Source of the DNA: Candidatus Methylomirabilis oxygeniifera
Lineage (GTDB): Bacteria; Methylomirabilota; Methylomirabilia; Methylomirabilales; Methylomirabilaceae
Length of the DNA: 32,000 bases
Direction: 5' to 3'
Assembly (NCBI GenBank): GCA_000091165.1
Contig: FP565575.1
Coordinates: 2,130,001-2,162,000 of the forward strand
Shown here in pieces: positions 8,896 to 17,317 of this stretch. The notes beneath the pieces are model-generated. The model was not told the DNA's origin, searched no databases, and was given only the letters and a program-made list of their open reading frames with translations. Within the stretch, counting starts at the first letter, position 1; each line of letters begins with the position of its first letter. The position numbers and the translations under genes are program-made.

Positions 8896-9731
8896 AACGT
8901 TCGTCCCACCTGTATCGGAAGGACCAGCGGCGGAAGGATCAACTCCCGAATCTCCCGCGATCTCGTCTGCCGAATCGTGAGAGTGAGCTCAACAGCCAAC
9001 GGTAAGCGATTAGAACCCTTCAAGGCGCGCAGACTAGAGGGAGATGGAACGATTCGAGATGGGGGAACAAGCATATCGTCCCTTGAAGGGTCCCACGAAT
9101 CGTGCCATGCGGGGGGGAGGTTTTCCTCCGACCTACCCTCCGGCACAAGGTACCGGAAACGTACCTCCGATATCCGCTCGTCAAGCAGTTTAGCCTGACC
9201 ATCAAGTACAGCCGATGTCGAACCAGCCAGGGGGTAGCTTGTCGTCGCCACCAGTCCCCGATCAGACTCCACAGTATAGCTCACGATTCTGACCATGTGG
9301 CTGAATGGCTCAGCCCCATAGATCTGCGGAAGGGTGGCGAATTCAAGAGAGTCGGATTTACCATGAAAGACCATGACATCCTTATCCTGCTCTTTCACGC
9401 GCAACGGGTAGATCATCGTCAGGTCTCGCGCCAGGGTATCGACAAGAGTACGATTACGCTGGCTCTCTTCCGCTCGCGCCTCCCCACCTTCCCACGATTT
9501 AACACCAATCTGGATAGCCCCCAGTACAGCAACGAAGATCAGGGCGACGATCGTCAGGGAGATCAGAAGCTCAAGCAGCGTAAACCCGGCTTCGCCGGAC
9601 GGCTCCGAGTGTTGAGTGTTGAGTGTTGAGTGTTGAGTTCGTAACTCGAAATGGTCTTCACTTAACACTTGGCACTTAACACTTAACACGTTCTTATTGG
9701 ACGACACGCGTCTGTCCCAACTTCTTTTCAT
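8892..9731 (-). CDS. gspJ: Type II secretion minor pseudopilin GspJ (start codon uncertain)
   Basis: Prepilin motif EAGFTLLELLISLTIVALIFVAVLG. The ~50 aa before the motif come largely from heptamer repeats, so the true start may be elsewhere. Confidence 0.85.
   Translation of the reverse strand: MKRSWDRRVSSNKNVLSVKCQVLSEDHFELRTQHSTLNTQHSEPSGEAGFTLLELLISLTIVALIFVAVLGAIQIGVKSWEGGEARAEESQRNRTLVDTLARDLTMIYPLRVKEQDKDVMVFHGKSDSLEFATLPQIYGAEPFSHMVRIVSYTVESDRGLVATTSYPLAGSTSAVLDGQAKLLDERISEVRFRYLVPEGRSEENLPPAWHDSWDPSRDDMLVPPSRIVPSPSSLRALKGSNRLPLAVELTLTIRQTRSREIRELILPPLVLPIQVGRTL
9607..9688. repeat. Two further heptamer tandem arrays at the gspJ 5' end
   Basis: (GAGTGTT)n at 9607-9638 and CTTAACA-CTTGGCA-CTTAACA-CTTAACA at 9661-9688. 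Confidence 0.9.
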
Positions 9732-10392
9732 CTACTATCATTCTCAAGGTCTGTAGATTCACAGCCTTCTCTCCACGGCGGCCAGGCCAAGTCACGCGCA
9801 CCTTGACGCTGAAGAGCCGACCGGGAAGTTCCTCCGGTTGTTCGAGCGGCTGGATCTCCGACGCCCAACGGAATCCCCCACCGAACTCTCCTGCCTCGCC
9901 GGTGCTCGCAAGATTCCGCGCTGCGGCAACCTCGGCTATTTTCTGTCGAGCCAGCAGGACTGCTTGAGTGTACTCTTCGGACGCCTTCGCAGAGCGAACC
10001 CCAGCGACTAACAGTTCCACGGCCAGAGCAAACCCGACGCCAAGAATAGCCAAAGCGACGATAACTTCCAGTAACGTAAAACCGTGCGAGGTGCGACAAG
10101 AGCGGTAGGGAGTCCGAAGTGCGGGATCCAAGGTACAACGCGCCCCGAACCTCAAATCTCCCCGTTCCCCCCATTTGTAAATGGGGAGTCGGAGGATGTT
10201 GCACCTGGAACGATTCTCACGCATTCTCTGCGGAACTGATGCGAACGAGCCCAACCGATGGATCCACAATAATTCGATAGCTTCGCCCTTTCTCATCGGA
10301 AAGGTCGATCGATCCACCCGTCGAACTCCCCTGCGGGAAGAAGGCGATGACGCCACGCTCATCAGGTAAAAGGGGACCAGTGGCGAGGACAA
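9694..10392 (-). CDS. gspI: Type II secretion minor pseudopilin GspI (true start probably internal)
   Basis: HGFTLLEVIVALAILGVGFALAVELLV. The annotated N-terminus overlaps gspH. A TTG start giving MDPALRTPYRSCRTSHGFTLLEV is plausible. Confidence 0.85.
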   Translation of the reverse strand: MSSPLVPFYLMSVASSPSSRRGVRRVDRSTFPMRKGEAIELLWIHRLGSFASVPQRMRENRSRCNILRLPIYKWGERGDLRFGARCTLDPALRTPYRSCRTSHGFTLLEVIVALAILGVGFALAVELLVAGVRSAKASEEYTQAVLLARQKIAEVAAARNLASTGEAGEFGGGFRWASEIQPLEQPEELPGRLFSVKVRVTWPGRRGEKAVNLQTLRMIVDEKKLGQTRVVQ

Positions 10393-10801
10393 CGGACTTC
10401 AGGCTTACGCCTGGCGGGAGGGAGCGAACCCGAGCCTGTCGAATCTGAGCCTGCCAAGGCTGTTCGGGGTCTTCCACCGTCTCCACCCGGTCTATACTGC
10501 TGAGACGCCCGACAATCCAGTCCGGACCTCTGAGCCAATAGCGATTGGTCTGTCGGTCGAGCACCACCTCCAATATATCCTGATTGGCGATCGCCTGCGT
10601 TCTGGCAAACCGACAGAGGGTCATAATATCCCTCGTCGCAGCCTTGAGCTGAGTCTGTCCGAATGATCGGCTGAAGGCCGGCGCAACGAGCACGGTTGCC
10701 AGCATAAGGATGAATAGGACGACGGTAAGCTCGAGGAGCGTGAATCCCCTCGTGCATTGTACTGTTCTATTGTTCAGCCTGGCTTCCCGCTTGTTTGACA
10801 C
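10217..10801 (-). CDS. gspH: Type II secretion pseudopilin GspH
   Basis: 194 aa, CTRGFTLLELTVVLFILMLATVLVAPAFSRSF...DIMTLCRFARTQAI. Confidence 0.9.
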   Translation of the reverse strand: MSNKREARLNNRTVQCTRGFTLLELTVVLFILMLATVLVAPAFSRSFGQTQLKAATRDIMTLCRFARTQAIANQDILEVVLDRQTNRYWLRGPDWIVGRLSSIDRVETVEDPEQPWQAQIRQARVRSLPPGVSLKSVVLATGPLLPDERGVIAFFPQGSSTGGSIDLSDEKGRSYRIIVDPSVGLVRISSAENA

Positions 10802-11279
10802 TCTTCCAACTCACAACATCCTGATTCTCTCCGTCACCACCCGCTACGCCATCACCGCCATACGAGACAATATCGTAATCTCCATGCTCTCCTGGCGCCT
10901 TATAGGCATAGGCGTGAGTCCACGGATCAACGGGAAGCTCTTGTTTTTTCAGATAGGGACCATCCCAGTTCTCGACCCCGCCTGGATTCACGAGAAGTGC
11001 CCTCAGCCCTTCGTCGCTAGTCGGGTACCGACCAACGTCCAGTCGAAAATTGTCCAGGGCGGCGCCGAACAGTTCAATCTGAGCTTGTGCAGCCGCTTGC
11101 TTACCCTTTCCCACCCTGCCAAAAAGCTTCGGGCCCACTAAGGCCGCCAACAAGCCGATAATGATGATAACAACCAGCAACTCGATAAGGGTGAACCCAG
11201 CCTGATTACGGCGCAAGGTCCGGCCTCCCGCTTCCTGCCATATCCGGATATCTTTAACCCGTCGAATGTCCACACTCAA
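10767..11279 (-). CDS. gspG: Type II secretion major pseudopilin GspG
   Basis: 170 aa, QAGFTLIELLVVIIIIGLLAALVGPKLFGRVGKGKQAAAQAQIELFGAALDNFRLDVGRYPTSDEGLRALL...WDGPYLKK. Confidence 0.97.
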   Translation of the reverse strand: MSVDIRRVKDIRIWQEAGGRTLRRNQAGFTLIELLVVIIIIGLLAALVGPKLFGRVGKGKQAAAQAQIELFGAALDNFRLDVGRYPTSDEGLRALLVNPGGVENWDGPYLKKQELPVDPWTHAYAYKAPGEHGDYDIVSYGGDGVAGGDGENQDVVSWKSVKQAGSQAEQ

Positions 11280-11339
11280 CTCCTTTTATTTGGATCCGCA
11301 CTCCATCTCTACGTCGCTTTCGTACCTCACACACCGTGC

Positions 11340-12566
11340 TTAGAGCGGGAGTTCATTGATACTGAAGATGGCAAGCAGCATCGACAGCACAATGAACCCG
11401 ACGACAAGCCCAAGAAAGAGGATCAGGATCGGCTCAAGCAGTGAAGTCAGGCGCTTGACTGTCCGCCGCACACGCTCGTCATAGGTATCGGCGACCTTGA
11501 TCAGCATCTCCTCGAGTTTTCCCGTCTCTTCCCCTACCTTCGCCATATGGATGGAAAAGGACGGAAAGGCGGCGGTAGCCCGCAGTGGGCCGCTGATCCC
11601 TTCGCCCCGTTTTACCCCCTCCTGTAACCTGGACATGGCGGCAACAATGACTCGATTCGCGATCGTCTCCTTGACGATAGAAACAGCCGCGAGTACCGGG
11701 ACCCCGCTTTGGAGAAGCGTCCCGAATGTCCTGGCAAAACGAGAGACCTCGATCTCCTGAATCAGGCGACCCAACAGAGGGAGCGACAATTTCAACTGAT
11801 CCCACTGCACCTTCCCCTGGTCAGTCTGTAAATAGACTCGAAACCCGATTCCAACAAGGCCAATCAGCCCCACAAATACCCACCAGTAACCGGTCGTGAA
11901 CGCGCTGATCGCCAAAAGTATCCTCGTCGGCAGCGGCATAAGCTGCTTCGTGTCTGAGAAGATCTGAGCAAACCGTGGGATCACGAAGTTCATCATGACC
12001 ACCACAGCACCGCCACCAACGAAGAGCAATAGAATCGGATAGATGAGGGCCGATGTTACTTCGTCCCGTACCGCCTTTGAGCGCTCCATAAACCCGGCCA
12101 GCCGTGAGAGGATCACCTCCAACACACCACTTGCCTCCCCAGCCTTGACCATATTGATGTACAGCCTGGAGAAAAGTCGTGGGTGTTTGGCCAGACCGTC
12201 GGCGAATGAATTACCCGCCTGGATATCAGTCAGAATGCTGCGAAGAATCGATCGAAACCGTTGGTTGTCGGTCAGGTCCAACAGAATCGCCAGACTCCGA
12301 TCCAACTCCATCCCGGCCTCGAGCAATGTCGCGAGCTGTTGCGTGAAGGCCAGAACATCCTGGGCAGATGGTCCCCTGGCAAACGTAGTCGGGAGCCGAG
12401 CAGCACTCGGTCTGACCTCCATTGTGCTACCGGGCTGTCCGATCTTGATCGGATAGTAACCGTTAGCTCTGAGCCAAGCCACGACCGCCCGCTCATCGGC
12501 AGCCTCCATGCTACCATGGACGATCTTGGCGGTACGATCAGTGGCGGTATATTGAAATGTCCCCAT
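11340..12566 (-). CDS. gspF: Type II secretion inner-membrane platform protein GspF
   Basis: 408 aa, TFARGPSAQDVLAFTQQLATLLEAGMELDRSLAIL and EPILILFLGLVVGFIVLSMLLAIF. Confidence 0.95.
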   Translation of the reverse strand: MGTFQYTATDRTAKIVHGSMEAADERAVVAWLRANGYYPIKIGQPGSTMEVRPSAARLPTTFARGPSAQDVLAFTQQLATLLEAGMELDRSLAILLDLTDNQRFRSILRSILTDIQAGNSFADGLAKHPRLFSRLYINMVKAGEASGVLEVILSRLAGFMERSKAVRDEVTSALIYPILLLFVGGGAVVVMMNFVIPRFAQIFSDTKQLMPLPTRILLAISAFTTGYWWVFVGLIGLVGIGFRVYLQTDQGKVQWDQLKLSLPLLGRLIQEIEVSRFARTFGTLLQSGVPVLAAVSIVKETIANRVIVAAMSRLQEGVKRGEGISGPLRATAAFPSFSIHMAKVGEETGKLEEMLIKVADTYDERVRRTVKRLTSLLEPILILFLGLVVGFIVLSMLLAIFSINELPL

Positions 12567-12637
12567 ACGCAGATGCTGTCTTTATTGACACCGAATAGCG
12601 CGGTAGGTTTACGACTATAGCAACTAGCGATGCGCTG

Positions 12638-12718
12638 TCAACACAAATCGGGCTCTACAAGTTGCGCAAATGGTTCGAAAAATAAAGCAGATAGAGCCCC
12701 TCCTATCCGCTGTGTTGA
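12638..12718. repeat. Nested inverted repeats in the gspE-gspF gap
   Basis: TCAACACA (12638-12645)/TGTGTTGA (12711-12718) enclosing GGGCTCTA (12650-12657)/TAGAGCCC (12692-12699). Confidence 0.6.
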
Positions 12719-12758
12719 TGAAGAGAGCATACGATCTCGCATCACGAAGTGACCCTAC

Positions 12759-14480
12759 TTACGCCTCCTCTTTCGTGACCCGCAGCAGGTCCTCTACTGT
12801 AGTCACTCCCTGCTCAACTTTCATCCAACCATCTTCCCACAGGGTATTCATCCCAAAAGCTATCGCCTTCTGCCGAATCGTATTCGAGTCGGCCTTCTCC
12901 AGAATCAGTCGTTGAATCTCTTCATTGATTGCCAAAAACTCGTAGATGCCGCTGCGCCCATGGTATCCGGTAAAATTGCAGGCGGCGCATCCTTTACCAC
13001 GAAACACCTGCAGCGCTCCATCGACTGCGGTTTTGATCCCCATTTTCCGAACCGCAGCCGCATCCAACCGGTACGGCTCCCGGCACTCGGGGCAGATGAC
13101 GCGAACCAGACGTTGAGCCAGGACCGCCACGAGGACGCTGGATACCAGGTAGTTTTCGATGCCCATATCCAGGAGCCGCGTGATGGCGCCGGGTGCATCG
13201 TTCGTGTGCAGCGTGCTGAACACCAGATGCCCGGTCAGCGCGGAGTGGATGGCGATGTCCGCGGTCTCTGCATCGCGGATCTCCCCAACCATGATAATGT
13301 CTGGATCCTGACGAACGATGGAGCGTAGGCCGCTGGCGAAGGTCAGACCGATCTTGGCCTTGACATGGATCTGGTTGACTCCCTGGAGCTGGTACTCCAC
13401 CGGGTCCTCAATCGTAATAATCTTCTTGTCGGCCGAGTTGATCTCGCTCAACGCCGTATAGAGGGTCGTCGTTTTGCCGCTTCCTGTCGGACCAGTCACC
13501 AGGATCATGCCATGCGGCTTTCTGATAAGCCGCTGGAATTGTAGGCGAATATCTTCGGGCATGCCCATGTCTCCTAGGCTCAGGAGAAGACTGCTACGAT
13601 CCAGGATTCGCATCACCACGCTCTCACCGTGTAGTGTGGGAACCGTGGAAACTCGGAGATCCAGGTCCTTGCCTAGGATCTGGAGCCTGATTCGTCCGTC
13701 CTGTGGAAGCCGTCGCTCGGCAATGTTCATCTTGGCCATGATCTTGACACGAGAGATCACGGCCCGTTGCAGCCGCTTGGGAGGAGACTCCTGGTCCAGC
13801 AGTACTCCATCGACCCGGTAGCGGATTCGAAATGTATCCTCGAACGGCTCAATATGTATGTCGCTGGCGCGGGCCTCTACCGCCCGGGTGATGAGCAGAT
13901 TGACAAGCTGGATGACTGGGGCCTCGGAGGCCAGATCGCGAAGGTGATCAACATCCTCGCGATCCTCGCCGGATCCTCCACCCTCCTCCTCGCTGTACCC
14001 CTTGACGATCTTCTCGATCGTTGTCTGACCATCACCATAATACTGGTCGATCGCCTCAATGATCTCCCGCTCGTTAGCGATACAGACGGTGATAGCGAGC
14101 CCGGTACTCAGTCGAAGATCATCCAGCGTATACGGATCGGTCAGATCGCTCATGGCAACGGTCAGCGTCCCATCCTTCATCTCAATCGGGAAGACCTTGT
14201 GCTCACGCAGGTACTTCGGCGACACCCGATCTCGGATCGGCACAGGTGTAATCGAGAGAGAGGCAAGAGAAAGGTAGGGAAGCGAATACTGCTTGGCGAG
14301 GGCCTTTGCCACGTCCTCATCGGAGGCATATCCAAGCTCTACGAGAGTCTCGCCCAACCGCTTGCCGATTTCCCGCTGGTGACTCAGCCCACGCTGGAGC
14401 TGCTCTCGAGTGACGGAACCCTCACGGATCAGGATTTCGCCGATCGGTTCACGTACTTCGCCGGCTTGCCGACTGCTCAT
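12759..14480 (-). CDS. gspE: Type II secretion ATPase GspE
   Basis: 573 aa, Walker A GPTGSGKTTTLYTAL, Asp/His boxes, Walker B-like DPDIIMVGEIRDAETADIAIHSALTGHLVFSTLHTNDAPGAITRLLDMG, tetracysteine CPECRE...CAACNFTGYHGR. Confidence 0.97.
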   Translation of the reverse strand: MSSRQAGEVREPIGEILIREGSVTREQLQRGLSHQREIGKRLGETLVELGYASDEDVAKALAKQYSLPYLSLASLSITPVPIRDRVSPKYLREHKVFPIEMKDGTLTVAMSDLTDPYTLDDLRLSTGLAITVCIANEREIIEAIDQYYGDGQTTIEKIVKGYSEEEGGGSGEDREDVDHLRDLASEAPVIQLVNLLITRAVEARASDIHIEPFEDTFRIRYRVDGVLLDQESPPKRLQRAVISRVKIMAKMNIAERRLPQDGRIRLQILGKDLDLRVSTVPTLHGESVVMRILDRSSLLLSLGDMGMPEDIRLQFQRLIRKPHGMILVTGPTGSGKTTTLYTALSEINSADKKIITIEDPVEYQLQGVNQIHVKAKIGLTFASGLRSIVRQDPDIIMVGEIRDAETADIAIHSALTGHLVFSTLHTNDAPGAITRLLDMGIENYLVSSVLVAVLAQRLVRVICPECREPYRLDAAAVRKMGIKTAVDGALQVFRGKGCAACNFTGYHGRSGIYEFLAINEEIQRLILEKADSNTIRQKAIAFGMNTLWEDGWMKVEQGVTTVEDLLRVTKEEA

Positions 14481-15412
14481 TGTGCGATCCCTCTTGTGAA
14501 GACGTGCGATCTTCCGCTGCTCAATCAGCCACGCTAATCCTGGAGATTATTAGCCAAATGAGCTGCTGAAATGATAGACCGGCCCGGAAGAACGTGTCAA
14601 GGACTTAACACCGCCCAACAACAAAGGTAGACAGCGCAACCCGTCTATCTGTTTATCATCAGCAAGAAACTCCCAGGCCCGCGTCATTGCGAGACAATAC
14701 CACAGCACATCCGCAGTCCTTCAGGACAACAAGGATGAGATTACCATCACCGTACCTGCCTGTGCGTGTCCGCGCGCAAACAGGATCCCACTGATCGCTC
14801 GCAAAGGCAGAGAATGTCCGATCTCTTTTTAGGCAGATCACATTCCCTTAACAGTTCGGGAATTCCCCCCGATAGATAGATGGCTCAATAAATCTGTCGA
14901 ATCCTCCAGCGTGTCGAAACGGTTCTGCAGCAACTGTATCGAGATAGACGTACGGTCCCGCATGGTCAATACGATGATCTTCCCGGGCAATCTGTATGAG
15001 CTAGAAGAGCTTAGCGACCTAACTGAGACTCACCTTGATTGCCGCTATTTGCACGCCTATGGAGGGGGGCATCCGGAATGTGAGTTGGGGATCGTCACTG
15101 CCTGAAACGTCTCTGGAAAGGAAGTAGGAACGTATGAAGGCAATCGTCACGGGAGGTCAGAAGATACCCTCTACGAGGCCGACTCTCGCAAAGCACAAGC
15201 TGCTGTGGGATATTACCGCCCGATCCTCAGCAGGCGCCGATTAGCAAGGCGGATTGTTCCGGATTCTGTGTGGATGACAACCTCGCGCGAGACAGCGAGA
15301 CAGTTTGATCTCGCAAACACTGGAGCGCGATCTCACGTCCCTTCTGATCGACGCCGAGACGAGTCGTATTGACACCCCCCCTTTGCGCGGGTCGAGGCAT
15401 ACGCATCCGCCA

Positions 15413-16282
15413 TCAAGCGGGTGGCGGCCCTTCCAGGCCTGCCGCCGCGAAAGGAGAGATACAGAACCCTACGACATCCTCGCCTCCGTCTATCCCGATT
15501 ACGTTACCCGTCATCCAGTAGGTCTCCGGACGGCTCAAGACAACGAGGGCTGCGGCAATGTCCTCCGGCGTAGTCAGGCGGCCGGAAGGATTAATCTTTT
15601 GCGCGGTCTGTATGATCTCATGGTTGCCGGGAATCTTCCGGAGCGCCGGGGTATCGGTCACTCCTGCGCGTATCGCGTTCGCCGTGATCCCCAGGGGGGC
15701 CAGTTCCATCGCAAGTTGCCGAATGTGAGACTCCAGGGATGCCTTGGCCGCCGATACGGCCCCATAGCCTGACCAGACTCGCGTTCCGCCGGAGCTGGTC
15801 ATCGCGTACACCCGCCCACCGCGAACCATCAACTGTCGCATCACCAGATCCTGAACCCAATAGATGAGACTATGAGCCATGACATCCAGCGTCATATCCA
15901 TCTGGGCTTGGGTGATGGCGTCCTTGGGCGAAGGGGCGAGAAACGGCTTCAGGGTCCCGAAGGCGAGGGAGTGCAGCACCACCTTCACCGACGAGGGCTC
16001 CCCCCGATCGGCCAGTATCTTCTCTGCCTGATCCAGGACCTCGCGCCGCTTCTCCGGATCGGAGGCGTTGACATTGAAGAAAATCGCTTCCCGCCCCGTC
16101 TGCTTGATCCCGGTCACGATTCGCTCGACATTCGGCATGGTTGCCTTACGGTCCAGGTGTACGCCGAAGATATGCATTCCTGCTTCAGCCAGGGCAAGCG
16201 AGGCGGCCCCGCCAAAGCCGCTGGAGGCTCCCAGGATCAGGGCCCACCCCTGTAGCTCCGGACTCTGCGATAGTCTTGTCAT
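15413..16282 (-). CDS. SDR-family enoyl-ACP reductase, FabL/FabI-like
   Basis: GASSGFGGAASLALAEAG nucleotide-binding motif and Y-x6-K (YGAVSAAK) rather than the classical YxxxK. IRAGVTDTPALRKIPGNHEII and MTGNVIGIDGGEDVVG. Confidence 0.75.
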   Translation of the reverse strand: MTRLSQSPELQGWALILGASSGFGGAASLALAEAGMHIFGVHLDRKATMPNVERIVTGIKQTGREAIFFNVNASDPEKRREVLDQAEKILADRGEPSSVKVVLHSLAFGTLKPFLAPSPKDAITQAQMDMTLDVMAHSLIYWVQDLVMRQLMVRGGRVYAMTSSGGTRVWSGYGAVSAAKASLESHIRQLAMELAPLGITANAIRAGVTDTPALRKIPGNHEIIQTAQKINPSGRLTTPEDIAAALVVLSRPETYWMTGNVIGIDGGEDVVGFCISPFAAAGLEGPPPA

Positions 16283-16758
16283 ACACTCCTCTGCGCGGCC
16301 GCGCTCGGCTTAAGCTGGTCAGAATAGGATGAGGACCCATATCCGCTCGCAGCCAGCACTCCTAGCTGGTGCATGAGCCCCAGGAAGTCATGCTGCGCCC
16401 ATCGCTCTACGATCTTCCCGTCCTGGAACCGGTAGATCACAATACCGGTCATCTCCAATCGCTTCCCGGTCGGCGGGATACCGAACAGTTCGCCTGTATG
16501 CAGTCCGGCTGCGGTCATTCGGACCACCACCAGGTCTCCCTCGGCAATCAGATCGTGGATAATAGGGTTGCCCTCCGGTGCCGCGGACGCAAACGTCCTG
16601 AACGTCTGCTTGATCGCTTCAAGTCCGGGCTTAAGACCGGGAATCGGCGGTGGATCGTGGTAGACAAGATCCGGGGAAAAAAACTCATCCATCGCCGAGA
16701 ATTTGAACCCTTCGGCGTAAAGGCGACGCACCACACGCTTGTTGTCTTCCGTCGACAT
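16279..16758 (-). CDS. SnoaL-like / ester cyclase family protein
   Basis: 159 aa, RRLYAEGFKFSAMDEFFSPDLVYHDP, LVVVRMTAAGLHTGELFGIPPTGKRLEMTGIVIYRFQDGKIVERWAQHDFLGLMHQLG. Overlaps the reductase start by 4 bp. Confidence 0.85.
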   Translation of the reverse strand: MSTEDNKRVVRRLYAEGFKFSAMDEFFSPDLVYHDPPPIPGLKPGLEAIKQTFRTFASAAPEGNPIIHDLIAEGDLVVVRMTAAGLHTGELFGIPPTGKRLEMTGIVIYRFQDGKIVERWAQHDFLGLMHQLGVLAASGYGSSSYSDQLKPSAAAQRSV

Positions 16759-16903
16759 CTGATACCTCCTACATCGCTATTACATGCGCAGGGCTACGCA
16801 CCGCACCTATCCTGAGCCCGATCAGTCATTGTAGGTCGATTGTCAGTCAAGCAGAAAGTGTTTGGCAGGTCAAGCAATAAATATAGTTTGGGGGCCATGC
16901 GTT

Positions 16904-16932
16904 GACAACATGGATGCAGAAAGTTATGATGG
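16904..16932 (+). promoter_or_regulatory. Near-consensus sigma-70 promoter for the 16981 gene
   Basis: TTGACA (16904-16909), 17-bp spacer, TATGAT (16927-16932). Confidence 0.75.
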
Positions 16933-16980
16933 AGTCCGTGTGATTGACACAACGTGAACCGTCCTGCAGTGGAGGAAACG

Positions 16981-17289
16981 ATGATTGTCGTAGCAAACAG
17001 GGTACCTGTCACAAAAGGGTATGAACGGGAGTTTGAGAAGCGGTTCGACCACCGCTTGAGCGTCGTAGAACGCATGCCGGGATTTATCCGAAACGAGATC
17101 CTGCGGCCTATCCAGGGTGATTACTATATCCTCATGACCCATTGGGAGAGTCAAGAGACGTTTGAGGCCTGGACTCAGAGTGAAGAGTTCAAGCAGGTCC
17201 ACGCCAGCATGGCGCCTAAGGAGATGTGCCCCGGTCCCAACGGCTTCGAGATACACGAGGTCATCCTGGTGTCGGAGAAGAGGCCGTAA
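16981..17289 (+). CDS. Antibiotic biosynthesis monooxygenase / HmoA-like heme-degrading monooxygenase
   Basis: MIVVANRVPVTKGYEREFEKRFDHRLSVVERMPGFIRNEILRP...YYILMTHWESQETFEAWTQSEEFKQ, GGAGG RBS before the ATG. Confidence 0.8.
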   Translation: MIVVANRVPVTKGYEREFEKRFDHRLSVVERMPGFIRNEILRPIQGDYYILMTHWESQETFEAWTQSEEFKQVHASMAPKEMCPGPNGFEIHEVILVSEKRP

Positions 17290-17317
17290 GAGAGGGTGTA
17301 GGCGAGAGAGGGCTGGG

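Noticed and set aside
8822-9688. Considered CRISPR-like or REP elements for the short repeats
   Set aside because: Units are only 7 bp with no spacers. Each array is a simple tandem repeat of a different sequence.
11479-14537. Long plus-strand ORFs (for example 12043..12456, 12912..13328, 13474..13821, 13767..14537) opposite gspF/gspE
   Set aside because: They are antisense to strongly recognisable GspE/GspF reading frames, show no family motifs, and are typical GC-rich shadow ORFs.
14689-14703. CGTCATTGCGAG motif reminiscent of dispersed genomic repeats
   Set aside because: A single short occurrence with no inverted partner. Too weak to call a repeat element.
14911-15238. Two small plus-strand ORFs (64-aa cysteine-containing 14911..15105 and a 36-aa MKAIVTGGQKI... 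at about 15135)
   Set aside because: The first lacks an RBS. The second has a possible RBS but no recognised family. Insufficient support to annotate.
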